Shown one piece after another: positions 47,529-57,084 of a stretch of DNA of 64,000 bases. Position 1 is the first letter of the stretch. The number at the start of each line of letters is the position of its first letter. The stretch comes from a bacterium. GTDB taxonomy: Bacteria > Zixibacteria > MSB-5A5 > GN15 > FEB-12. The notes under the pieces are model-generated. The model was not told where the DNA came from. It searched no databases and saw only the letters and a list, made by a program, of their open reading frames with translations. The stretch is taken from NCBI GenBank assembly GCA_043811375.1, contig JBDRNJ010000021.1, positions 1 to 64,000 on the forward strand, written 5' to 3'. The position numbers were made by a program, and so were the translations under genes.

Positions 47529-48404
47529 CTACAACCGTCTTTCGCGGGCTTTGAAGAAACTGATCAGCGGTACGATATACGACTGATCGGTGTGGATGTC
47601 TATGAAATCGAGATTGATCAACCTGAAACCTTTCTTCAGTGACATGGTATCCTCCTCGGCGCGGGCGGCAAACTCGCGTCGGAACAGTTTCGAGCCGGTA
47701 TCGACCATCAGGACTTCACCGGTTTCGGCATCCTCAAGTTCGATCAGGCCGACGTTGTCGAATTTGGTTTCCCGGGGATCGGTTATCTTCATCGCGATTA
47801 CGTCGTGCTTGTTATTGGCGATCTGCAACGGCTTGTAGAAACCCTCGGAGAGAAAGTCGGAGATGAGAAACACGACCGACTTGCGCCTGATAACGCGGCT
47901 CATATACTCCAGGGCGCCGGCGATGTCGGTACCGGTGCCTTTGGGTCGGAAGTATAGAATCTCCCGGATGAGCCTCAGTACGTGGCCGCGGCCTTTCTGT
48001 GGCGGCACGAATTTCTCGATAGTATCGGTGAAGATAATCAGCCCGACTTTGTCATTGTTTTTGATGGCGGAAAAGGCCAGCAGGGCGCTCAGCTCGGCTG
48101 CCGTGTCGCTCTTGAAACGATCCCTGGTTCCGAAACGACCCGATGATGAAGCGTCGACCAGCAGCACCACCGACAACTCGCGCTCCTCGCGGAACTTCTT
48201 GATGTGCGGGTAGCCGGTTCGGGCGGTAACGTTCCAGTCGATCAGACGGATGTCGTCACCCGGCTCGTACTGGCGGACCTCTTCGAACTCCATCCCCTGT
48301 CCCTTGAACGTGGAATGGTACTCACCGGAGAAGAGATCGTTCACCAGTTTTTTGGTGTGTATCTCTATACGACGAATCTTCTTGATAACTTCACTGGGAA
48401 TCAT
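47529..48404 (-). CDS. DUF58 family protein
   Basis: G.YHS.FKGQGMEF.EVR.Y.PGDDIR.IDWNVTAR. Confidence 0.92.
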   Translation of the reverse strand: MIPSEVIKKIRRIEIHTKKLVNDLFSGEYHSTFKGQGMEFEEVRQYEPGDDIRLIDWNVTARTGYPHIKKFREERELSVVLLVDASSSGRFGTRDRFKSDTAAELSALLAFSAIKNNDKVGLIIFTDTIEKFVPPQKGRGHVLRLIREILYFRPKGTGTDIAGALEYMSRVIRRKSVVFLISDFLSEGFYKPLQIANNKHDVIAMKITDPRETKFDNVGLIELEDAETGEVLMVDTGSKLFRREFAARAEEDTMSLKKGFRLINLDFIDIHTDQSYIVPLISFFKARERRL

Positions 48405-48414
48405 AGTCTGCCGA

Positions 48415-49404
48415 TCAAGGAACTTCTACCGCGTCGAATATCTTGGCCACTATGTCGTCGCTGCTGATTTCTTCCGCCTCGGCCTCGTAAGTTATCAGAA
48501 TCCGGTGCCGCAGCACATCGGGGCCGATAGCCTTGATGTCCTCCGGAGTAATGTAGCCCCGGCCCTTCAGGAAGGCGTGCGCTTTGGCGGCCAGGTTCAG
48601 GTAGATGCTGGCGCGCGGCGACGCCCCGTAGGCGATCAGGTCAGCCAGGTCATTAAGTCCGTAGGCGGCCGGTTCGCGAGAAGCAAAAACGACATTGATG
48701 ATGTATTCCTTGACCTTGTCGTCGACGTAAACCGACCGCACTACGTCCCGGACCCGAATGATGTCCTCGGTGGAAACCACTCGCGACACGGTAACCGCTC
48801 CGGAAGTGGTATTGCGATCCATGATTTCGCGCTCCTCGGTCGGGTTGGGGTAGGTAATTTTTAGTTTAAGCATGAACCGGTCGATCTGCGCTTCCGGAAG
48901 CGGGTAGGTCCCTTCCTGCTCGATCGGGTTCTGGGTAGCCAGCACCAGGAAAGGATCGTCCAGTTTGTAAGTGCCTTCGCCGATCGTCACCTGGCGTTCC
49001 TGCATTGCTTCCAGCAGCGCCGACTGTACCTTGGCCGGAGCTCGATTGATTTCGTCGGCCAGTATGATGTTGGCAAACACCGGTCCCTTTTTGACGGAGA
49101 ACTCAGCGGTCCGGGGATTGTAGATCATGGTTCCGATAAGATCAGCCGGAAGTAAGTCCGGCGTGAACTGGATACGTTGAAATTTCGCCTTCATGGCGTC
49201 GGACAGCGTCTTGACCGACAGCGTCTTGGCCAGGCCGGGGACACCTTCGATAAGGATGTGACCGTCGGACAGTATGCCGATCAGGAGCCGGTTAATGAGA
49301 TATTTCTGGCCGACAATGACCGAGCTGATCTCGCCGGTCAGCCGTTGAACAAATGACGACTCAGCTACAACTCGGGTCTGAATCTCTTGAATATCGGTGT
49401 GCAT
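48415..49404 (-). CDS. MoxR family AAA+ ATPase
   Basis: EGVPGLAKT, RIQFTPDLLPAD, DEINRAPAKVQSALLEAM, QNPIEQEGTYPLPEAQ.DRF. Confidence 0.96.
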   Translation of the reverse strand: MHTDIQEIQTRVVAESSFVQRLTGEISSVIVGQKYLINRLLIGILSDGHILIEGVPGLAKTLSVKTLSDAMKAKFQRIQFTPDLLPADLIGTMIYNPRTAEFSVKKGPVFANIILADEINRAPAKVQSALLEAMQERQVTIGEGTYKLDDPFLVLATQNPIEQEGTYPLPEAQIDRFMLKLKITYPNPTEEREIMDRNTTSGAVTVSRVVSTEDIIRVRDVVRSVYVDDKVKEYIINVVFASREPAAYGLNDLADLIAYGASPRASIYLNLAAKAHAFLKGRGYITPEDIKAIGPDVLRHRILITYEAEAEEISSDDIVAKIFDAVEVP

Positions 49405-49428
49405 CGAACCTCCATCTATTCCAAACTG

Positions 49429-50331
49429 CTAAAGGTTTTCAAAGTAACCACGAATTTCAGTTTCCAAACGGACTATGTCTGCCGGGTTCCCGGCCACCGG
49501 ACGAAACTTGTCCTGCCTGGCTTGCACCAGCCAGGTGCCAAGTTGCTGTTTCTGACCGTTGTTAAGACCGGTCGCATCCAGAGCGGCGATTATTTCGTCA
49601 TCGCCCAGTCGATCCACGATAATATCATAACGAGCCGTCAGGAAAACCGACAGGCTGTCATAAAGACCGGTCTGAAATTTCCGGAAGTCACCTGCCGCGT
49701 CGGTCTTAAGTTCGTCGAGACTCTCCAGAAACTGCTCCTGCGGCGACTTGATTATCTCTTTTGGACGGCGGCGGCGGACAGCCACTATGGCGACAACGAC
49801 CAGGGTTACTACCGCCAGACCGGTGATGATTAGCCATACACCGGCGCTGCTTTCCTCCCTGTCCGGCGGCAGCGGTTGGGCGACCTGGACAGTCATTGCC
49901 TCCGTGACCAGCTCACCGGGGATACTGTCCGGCCAGGAAACATAACCGATCCGAACCGACTCGATGCGGGCCTGGCCCGATGACGTCGGTACCAGCGTGT
50001 AGCGGAAACGCTTGGTGGTCGTTTCGTTGCCGACCGGCCCCGAAGAACTGATGGACGAAGTGAACCCCTGCACCTTCAACTGCCCCAGGACAGGGGACAG
50101 GGGACCCTCGAAAAGATAAGCCGTCTGCGATCCTGCCCACTGGAGAGTTAAATCGAAGTGGACACTGTCCTCAAAGGGTATCTGACTGCGATCCAGTGAC
50201 TGGGAGACGGATATCCCCTCGGCCCTCACGCCACCGACCAGGTATATCATGACGGCGGTGACCACCAGTGCCGGGATTGGCAACCGGTGTCGGTTAGTAG
50301 CAGGCGGGACCGATTTCGTCAGACTCGTCAT
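49429..50331 (-). CDS. short BatD-like membrane protein
   Basis: Signal peptide, LDR..I, Y.L.P...G...I, TM-RRRR; paralogous in layout to 45506-46591. Confidence 0.65.
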   Translation of the reverse strand: MTSLTKSVPPATNRHRLPIPALVVTAVMIYLVGGVRAEGISVSQSLDRSQIPFEDSVHFDLTLQWAGSQTAYLFEGPLSPVLGQLKVQGFTSSISSSGPVGNETTTKRFRYTLVPTSSGQARIESVRIGYVSWPDSIPGELVTEAMTVQVAQPLPPDREESSAGVWLIITGLAVVTLVVVAIVAVRRRRPKEIIKSPQEQFLESLDELKTDAAGDFRKFQTGLYDSLSVFLTARYDIIVDRLGDDEIIAALDATGLNNGQKQQLGTWLVQARQDKFRPVAGNPADIVRLETEIRGYFENL

Positions 50332-50438
50332 CTCAGTTACAGCGACCAGTCTGCAGGCCCGGTCCGGTTGTACCTGATGTGTATTGCAGTACCATAATTC
50401 AGTTTATACGTCTCAGTTAACGAATGTTTCCTCGATTA

Positions 50439-51284
50439 TCAAGCCAGAAGCAAAGCCACAATGCCCAGGGCCATACCTCCTTTAAGTCCGGCCGAGGCAG
50501 CCCTGAGCATAGTCGGTGTGGGGTTGCCCCAGACGAAAATCAGCAATAATAGCAGCGGCAGGTCGATGATATATACGGTGATAATTTTGTAGGTGTTGCC
50601 GTACCAGCCGAACAGAATAGGTAGGCAGGTCAGCAGCACCAGCAATACAAACAACCCCAGGGCCAGTGACAATGAACGCCGCACGCCAACTACCTGGGGT
50701 AAAGTCCGTATGCCCACCTGGCGGTCACCCTCCATATCCTGCACATCCTTGATGATTTCGCGTACGATGTGGAAAAAAAAGGCGAAACCGGCCGGTATCA
50801 ACGGTCCGGGCAGCGTGAGAGCCAGCATATGATCAACCGCCAGCCCTCCGGTCAGGAAAGTCAGCCCCCCCATAATGGCTATGACGGCATTGCCGACCAG
50901 CGGCACCCGTTTCAGCCGGATATTGTAAGCCAGCAGTAACAGAATCACCGCCACCGCTACAATCGCAACCAGCATGTTTACGGCCATAGCAAGAATCAGC
51001 GCCAGCATGTTGACAGCCACTGCCAGCACTATCGCCTCGTACCTGCTGAGCGCTCCGCGCACCAGAACTCGGTGGGGTCGGTTGACGTGGTCGGCCTCAA
51101 TATCCATCAGGTCATTGACGATGTTACCGCCGGCGCAGATCAGAAAGGCCGCCAGTGATGCTACTGCCGGACCGTAGTAGCTTGGCTGCAACCAGGTCAG
51201 GTAAGCACCGACGGCGACGCCGACCATAGCCAGCAGACAGTTTACCACTCGTATGAGTTTGAGAGTTTCCCGGAGGCGAAGCAT
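50439..51284 (-). CDS. UbiA prenyltransferase, digeranylgeranylglyceryl-phosphate synthase-like
   Basis: R..N, GN..ND..D...D..NRP.R, REIIKD.QD.EGD...G..TLP. Confidence 0.8.
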   Translation of the reverse strand: MLRLRETLKLIRVVNCLLAMVGVAVGAYLTWLQPSYYGPAVASLAAFLICAGGNIVNDLMDIEADHVNRPHRVLVRGALSRYEAIVLAVAVNMLALILAMAVNMLVAIVAVAVILLLLAYNIRLKRVPLVGNAVIAIMGGLTFLTGGLAVDHMLALTLPGPLIPAGFAFFFHIVREIIKDVQDMEGDRQVGIRTLPQVVGVRRSLSLALGLFVLLVLLTCLPILFGWYGNTYKIITVYIIDLPLLLLLIFVWGNPTPTMLRAASAGLKGGMALGIVALLLA

Positions 51285-51291
51285 GGATCAA

Positions 51292-51320
51292 AGGATATCC
51301 GCTGCCGAAGGCAGCGTCAA
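51292..51320 (-). promoter_or_regulatory. sigma70-type promoter giving a probably leaderless mRNA; its spacer is a GC hairpin
   Basis: TTGACG-N17-TATCCT, 7 nt before ATG 51284. Confidence 0.4.
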
Positions 51321-51323
51321 CTT

Positions 51324-52835
51324 TTATATGTCGGAAGAGAACTCAGCCGACAGCCAGGGCTGATCGAAGGGCAGGTCGGGCTGCCAGGCCAGAGAGAGCC
51401 TGATGGCGCGTCCGTCGTTGAGCAAGGCGATGCCGATACCGTAGCCGAACCGATATAACTCATCGGTGCGAACCGCACCGGCAATTCCGGCCACCCGGTT
51501 GTTGATGTAGGCGGCGTCATAAAACGCCATCAGGTAACCCCGGGAGAAGCGCAGGCGGGGTTCGAGTGTGGCGCAAGCCGATCGGACGGCGGCAAATTGC
51601 TCCCGGCGGAATCCGCGAACTGTTCCCGGTCCGCCCACGAGGATAAGCTCGGCCGGCGGCGGCAGGCGTTCATCGGTCTGAAGACCTCGGTACTTGAGCG
51701 CCAGATGTGCCACCAGTCCGGCCACCAGGGGCTGATACCACTCCATAACAACGGACACGCGGGTTTCATTGAAAGCTGCCTGGCCGGAAGATTCAGCCGG
51801 TCCCTCTCCACGATAGCGACGGTACGAATAGTCCATTGACCACTTCAGATAGTGCCCCCGCGAAGGATTGAGAGGGTGATCGCGTGCCCGGCGCTCCAGG
51901 GAGAAACCACTGCTGAAACGGGAGTACGACGGCTGGTCGGTGGCGCTTGCCACGTTACGCCAGCCGAGGTTCAGGCCGGCCGAAAGGCGCGTCTGCAGTC
52001 GCAATACATAGCTGCCTTCGAGGGAGAATTCGTAAAACATATCCCGGTAGTCACGGGTGCCGACCTCGATGTCCAACTGCCCGACGCCAATCAGAAACAA
52101 AGGTTGCCCATAATGCAGGCGCAATTGCCGGTGTCCCTGCTGCAGGCGCTGAGACCGGACAGCCGCCCGGCGACCACTGCCGAAAAGATTGTTGAAACGG
52201 AGGTTCAGGTGCCACACCAGACCGGCGTCATCATCGGGAAGATAACCGCCGCCACCGGAAAAAGTGAACTGTCGTTTCTCGGAAAAGTGCAGTTGCAGGT
52301 CGGCATCGGTGTATCCAGCCAGCGGCCTGATGACCGGTGGCGAGTGATAAGTCAGAAAGTCCAGCCCGGCTGCTGCTGTCGTCGCTCGGTCAACGAGTGC
52401 CTCGGTGAGTGTATCACCGGTGTGGATTGGAAGATAACGTGCTACCAGAGCCGGATTAGTGCGTGTCAGGCCGGTATAAAAACAGTCAGCCAGCGTTACC
52501 AGTGGTCCTCCGACAACGTTCATTTCGAGAGTTATTCGACTCGCTGACCGGCGCACGGTCGTCACCTTAGCCGTAGCCCAATAGTGACCCCGCTGCTGAT
52601 ATGGTCGCAGTATGTCTCGAGCCAGTTTTTCTAACTGCTGCGCCGTGAAAGCCAGGTCCACGAGCAGAGTATCACGCCGACCGGATTCCGTGACGTAGAT
52701 CGTATCGATCCGGCAGGCGGCGGCTGTCAATGACGGATGTGAGTTGTCAGTGGCCATCACAGTGGTCGACAGCGACACGATGGTCAACAGGCCAAAGGCC
52801 ACAGCGTGGCCGAGGATTTGATTGATCGTCCTCAA
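51324..52835 (-). CDS. Omp85 (BamA/TamA) family outer membrane protein
   Basis: POTRA-like G...T, NLFGSGR, P.RG, VRGF motif, GYGIG. Confidence 0.8.
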   Translation of the reverse strand: MRTINQILGHAVAFGLLTIVSLSTTVMATDNSHPSLTAAACRIDTIYVTESGRRDTLLVDLAFTAQQLEKLARDILRPYQQRGHYWATAKVTTVRRSASRITLEMNVVGGPLVTLADCFYTGLTRTNPALVARYLPIHTGDTLTEALVDRATTAAAGLDFLTYHSPPVIRPLAGYTDADLQLHFSEKRQFTFSGGGGYLPDDDAGLVWHLNLRFNNLFGSGRRAAVRSQRLQQGHRQLRLHYGQPLFLIGVGQLDIEVGTRDYRDMFYEFSLEGSYVLRLQTRLSAGLNLGWRNVASATDQPSYSRFSSGFSLERRARDHPLNPSRGHYLKWSMDYSYRRYRGEGPAESSGQAAFNETRVSVVMEWYQPLVAGLVAHLALKYRGLQTDERLPPPAELILVGGPGTVRGFRREQFAAVRSACATLEPRLRFSRGYLMAFYDAAYINNRVAGIAGAVRTDELYRFGYGIGIALLNDGRAIRLSLAWQPDLPFDQPWLSAEFSSDI

Positions 52836-55800
52836 AACCCGGCCACCATTTCTCCCCGGGCCGTGACCCGAGCCCGGCGATCATCGGAGTGTCGCCCGGA
52901 TGCGGAAAGATTGCAGCGCAGGCCGTCCTTCAGACCGTAGCGCAATTCGACGGACCAGACGGCGCCGCGTTTGCCCAATCGATTTCCCGTCAGCAGGAAG
53001 GACGGGAACGCCGTAGTGTCGGTGAGATGCTGGTAATAGAACTCAACGGAGGCACGCAAATGGGCTTTCCCGGTCGTCCGTAACCGGGTTTCCAGTTGAA
53101 GGGCGTATATTTCCGATTTGTCCTCATCCGGCGTAGTGGCTCGTCGATAGCTGCCGCCGGTTGAGACCTCGTGCGAGGAAAACTGTTGTTTGACGGTGAT
53201 GCCGCTCTTGTAACCACGCACCCGACCGCCGCCGGTGAAGTATTCGTCCCGTTCGCTTTCAAACAGTTCCAGGCTTTCGGAGAAGTAGGTGTTCTTTACG
53301 GTCTGTCTGACAATAAGCCGCGCTGAGCCGAGGTAACGTTCTTTGGTGCCGCCGCCAGGGGAGCGCTGTTCCCGATCCTCGGACAGGGTTATGTTCACTA
53401 CATGGCTGCCGCGCAGCCGAATCAGGTGCAGGTCGAAATCGTATCGGCGCGAGTAGTACAGGTAAGGCTGGTTGTTATCGGAAAAGAAGGGCAGCAGCCA
53501 CCAGATTGATCGACGACCCTCGGCGAGAAGTTCCTCACGCACTGCCGAGTGACATCGCACCAGGGCTACCTTGAAGTCCTTCGTCATTTGAAAGCTCTTC
53601 TCGCCACGGGAAACTCGCGACAGCCCGGAGAGAATCTCTTCCGCACGAATATAATTGCCGTCCTGATCCGGCAGGTAGGCGCCATCTTCAAGGATATAAT
53701 GTCCCTGCCCGGGTTCGACTTCAAGGTAGGTAACGCCTCGGGCATGGCGCGTTTCTTCCGACAGGGTATAGGAGGTGCTTATCTGCAGCCGCCGGGGAAG
53801 GTTGTCATACGACAGATGTAACTGTCCCAGGAAACTCGTCTCTCTGATGTCGGTCTGCAGCAGCCACTGGTTGGTCAGCCGGACATTGCCGGTAAGGTTG
53901 CCCATTCTGCGATTGGCACCGGCGGAGAGACGGTGGCGCGAGAGATGCCACAACCAGTCATCGGTGAGTGAGTCCTCCGAGAAGTATTCATAAGCCAGTG
54001 TTTCTCGCCTGCTCTCCAGCATCAATCGAGATCGTTGGTAACGAGTCCCCCGGGGTTCTCCGGAATAGTCGTTTTCGCGCTGGTCGTGTTCATACTCGGT
54101 TCGCAGGTTCAGTTGCGGTAGCGGCCGGTAGCCCATACCGGCGCCATAGGTTTTTGCTTGTGCCTGTGGTGACTCGGTGCTGTGGTCACTGGCCGTTGAG
54201 GTAGCTTGGAAAGTCAGGGTCGTCTCCAGCCGTCGATGCGGCACGATCCGGATATCGGCACCTCCATGTAATGATGTCAACCCGGAAGAGTACTCGAGTC
54301 GTGACGCTCTCGGTGACAGCGTAAGTGCAGACATCGGACTGACGGTCATATCAAACTGGTGCAGACTTTCGTCACCGACGACAGCACTGTCATTATCCGG
54401 CAGAAGAAACCGGCGGTGGAAATCTGCGGCGTAGAGTCGGCCTCGTGAATGGAAACGAGCTTCTTTATGTCGCGTCTTGAAAGTGTAGTGGTTGGGTTGG
54501 TCATGCCACTGCCATTGGCGTTGTGCCTGCGCCAGGTAATAGGCCCCGCGATTGTCCTGGTCGTCGCGGTCGGAGAAAAGATTGCGGTCGTAAACGGTCT
54601 GGCGTATTTCGGCCGTTACCTCACCGGCCAGGTGGTGACGCAGGCCGAAGCGGGTTCGGTAGTAGTCGGTCCGGGTCGGTATCGGCACTACCACCACCGG
54701 CAGGTAATCACCCAGTCCGCGACCGATAAATTCATATCGATCTCCGCCCAGGAATCGATAGTCACCTTCCCCGGCGCCGACATAACTGAAGTGAATCCGG
54801 AAGCGCAACGAATCATCGCCCGTGTCCTCTCCGGCGTACCGGTAAACCGAATCGGGCAGGCTGTCGATCTCCAGCAGATAGTTGCCGCTGCTGTCCGGGG
54901 TCGCTCCGCTGCGCCGGGACAGATGGGAGCTGTCTCCGGCGGCGGCGAGGATGTCCTTTTCGAGGTCCGATAGATCACCCCTTACCGGCAGGTTGTGATC
55001 ATCCCCTTCCCGGAGATATTCCATAGCGACAAAAAAGGTGGAATCGCCGATACTGGCGCCGCCGCCAAGCGAATACAGTTCACCACGGTAATCGGTTTCA
55101 CGTGGTTCGTAGTCAACCTCGATGCGACTGCGGCGATCGATCGGATGAGCCGCGCTGAAGGTGATCCGTCCGGTAGGATAGTCAATGGTGTAGTCTTTAT
55201 CCGAACCGGGCAGCAGCTGTCGGCCATCCAGCCAGACCTGTTCGGAACCGGGAACGATCGGTCGTACCGCCGTTCCTTCACCTACCTGGTAGGGTCCCTG
55301 CAGACCGTCGAGGGGAGTCAGTCGTTGGGTATGGAAAGTGCCCTTGGGTCTGGCAGCCACTGTCTGGACATACCAGTGTGATGTTTGCAGGGTGGCGCCG
55401 GCGCCGGTAACTCTCTTGGACCGTGGGGGACCGATATCCAGACGACCGGCGACGACTATGTCACCCACCTGGGCCTGCACCAGCGACGAGCGTAGCCGCA
55501 GGTTGATTCGGTCCAGTTCGTTGAGACGACTGTTGACCGGACCGTATGATGGGCTGTAACCCCGATCGGATATGGCGCCGCTGATTTCGACACCACTGGA
55601 AAGTTCACCCCGCAGCCGCAGGTCCAGCGACTGACTGAAACTGGACGCGCCGGTCGACCGGGCGGTGAACTGAAATGACTTGGCTCCGGTGATATTGATA
55701 TCGGTTCCCTGACGTTCCCTGACCGGTATTTCCGACGAAGGTTCGGGTCTTATCCAGGCGGTCGTTCGCGGCACCGGCGGTGGCAGAGCACGGCCATAAG

Positions 55801-56107
55801 AGCGGCTTATCCAATCCGGTAGCGGCTCATACGTCACCAACAATGTGTCATGGACACCACGTTTCAGACGGGATAAATCAAATTGTAACAGGGACTCATC
55901 CCAGGAAAAGTCGGTGTCTCGGCTTAAAAGTTGTCCGTTGAGGTAGAGCGAATCCGATCCGGAGAAGAAACGTTGCTGATCCAGCGACAGATGAACCGGG
56001 ATTTCATCGTCGGTCAGCACCAACTCCATGTGAGAAGCGACCGTAACCGTTGACAAAGTCAGCAGGACGACCAGGAAAGAGATAATTGTCGTCGGTCGCC
56101 GCTGCAT
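52832..56107 (-). CDS. very large (~1090 aa) outer-membrane beta-barrel-like protein
   Basis: Signal peptide; alternating amphipathic strands; IVPGSEQVWLDG..L....DYTIDY..G.ITF; C-terminal Phe; alternative start 56146. Confidence 0.7.
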   Translation of the reverse strand: MQRRPTTIISFLVVLLTLSTVTVASHMELVLTDDEIPVHLSLDQQRFFSGSDSLYLNGQLLSRDTDFSWDESLLQFDLSRLKRGVHDTLLVTYEPLPDWISRSYGRALPPPVPRTTAWIRPEPSSEIPVRERQGTDINITGAKSFQFTARSTGASSFSQSLDLRLRGELSSGVEISGAISDRGYSPSYGPVNSRLNELDRINLRLRSSLVQAQVGDIVVAGRLDIGPPRSKRVTGAGATLQTSHWYVQTVAARPKGTFHTQRLTPLDGLQGPYQVGEGTAVRPIVPGSEQVWLDGRQLLPGSDKDYTIDYPTGRITFSAAHPIDRRSRIEVDYEPRETDYRGELYSLGGGASIGDSTFFVAMEYLREGDDHNLPVRGDLSDLEKDILAAAGDSSHLSRRSGATPDSSGNYLLEIDSLPDSVYRYAGEDTGDDSLRFRIHFSYVGAGEGDYRFLGGDRYEFIGRGLGDYLPVVVVPIPTRTDYYRTRFGLRHHLAGEVTAEIRQTVYDRNLFSDRDDQDNRGAYYLAQAQRQWQWHDQPNHYTFKTRHKEARFHSRGRLYAADFHRRFLLPDNDSAVVGDESLHQFDMTVSPMSALTLSPRASRLEYSSGLTSLHGGADIRIVPHRRLETTLTFQATSTASDHSTESPQAQAKTYGAGMGYRPLPQLNLRTEYEHDQRENDYSGEPRGTRYQRSRLMLESRRETLAYEYFSEDSLTDDWLWHLSRHRLSAGANRRMGNLTGNVRLTNQWLLQTDIRETSFLGQLHLSYDNLPRRLQISTSYTLSEETRHARGVTYLEVEPGQGHYILEDGAYLPDQDGNYIRAEEILSGLSRVSRGEKSFQMTKDFKVALVRCHSAVREELLAEGRRSIWWLLPFFSDNNQPYLYYSRRYDFDLHLIRLRGSHVVNITLSEDREQRSPGGGTKERYLGSARLIVRQTVKNTYFSESLELFESERDEYFTGGGRVRGYKSGITVKQQFSSHEVSTGGSYRRATTPDEDKSEIYALQLETRLRTTGKAHLRASVEFYYQHLTDTTAFPSFLLTGNRLGKRGAVWSVELRYGLKDGLRCNLSASGRHSDDRRARVTARGEMVAGF

Positions 56108-56118
56108 AGGTCCGGTTC

Positions 56119-57075
56119 TTACTGTTGACGGAGAATTATGCGACACAACAACAGACGATTATTGCCGGTATCGGCAATAATCAGCCGCCCGTCACGCAGC
56201 ATTGCAATGTCCGATGGTTCCTTAAGAGGTTGGCCGTTTCCCACCAAAAGTGGTCCGGTTTGGAGCAACCGGTGTCCCCGTCGGTCGAAACGGAAGACCC
56301 TGTTGGTGGCACGATCCAACAGCCAGATGCCGTCGGTGTCGGCAGCGGCCGCCACCGGATAGTCCAGTTCCGGATCAAGTACGTCGCGCACGAAGTTGCC
56401 GTACTCATCGTAGATAATTACCCGGCTGTTACCGGCATCGCAGACAATAAAACCGCCTCGGGGGCTGCGCAGGATTTTCTCAGGGTTCAGTAGCTGCCCT
56501 CCCGGGTCACCGAAGTCACCGACAAACCGATCAAACCCGCCAATGTTGCTGAACAAGGCAATTCGGTTTCTATCGCGGTCGGCAGCCCAGATTTCGCCAT
56601 AGTCGGTGACTGCCACCCCGGAGGGATGCCCGAACCGCAGCGGTTCTTCGTCGTCAAAGAAGGGCAATGTTTCCACAAACTGAAGTTGTGAGTTGTAGCG
56701 ACAAATACGGCGGTTCCCCTGATCGCAGACCAGCAGATTGAGATCGTTGTCTATGGTAATGAAAGCCGGTCGGTTGAAGGCTCCCTCGTGTGATCCGAGA
56801 CCACCGATCTCGGCCTCGGCGCTGAAATCCGACCCCAGTCTGATAATGCGGTTGTTGCCGGCATCACAGACATAGACCAGACCCCGCGAGTCCACAGCCA
56901 GACCCCGTGGATGCTGCAGGGGTTTCCCCAATAAAGGACCGGCGATTTCCCGTTCGACCAGCAGACCCATTGCCGTTGCACCGGGGCTTTCCTGTTTCAA
57001 TTGGGGTTGAGGGTGGCGGCCACACGACACCAGCAACAGCAGCACTGCCAGGAATGGTTGTGGCCAGGCGTTCAT
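56119..57075 (-). CDS. NHL-repeat lipoprotein
   Basis: LVS-C lipobox; repeated P.G.AVD..G..YV.D.GN.RI. Confidence 0.88.
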   Translation of the reverse strand: MNAWPQPFLAVLLLLVSCGRHPQPQLKQESPGATAMGLLVEREIAGPLLGKPLQHPRGLAVDSRGLVYVCDAGNNRIIRLGSDFSAEAEIGGLGSHEGAFNRPAFITIDNDLNLLVCDQGNRRICRYNSQLQFVETLPFFDDEEPLRFGHPSGVAVTDYGEIWAADRDRNRIALFSNIGGFDRFVGDFGDPGGQLLNPEKILRSPRGGFIVCDAGNSRVIIYDEYGNFVRDVLDPELDYPVAAAADTDGIWLLDRATNRVFRFDRRGHRLLQTGPLLVGNGQPLKEPSDIAMLRDGRLIIADTGNNRLLLCRIILRQQ

Positions 57076-57084
57076 CCGGCCCGT

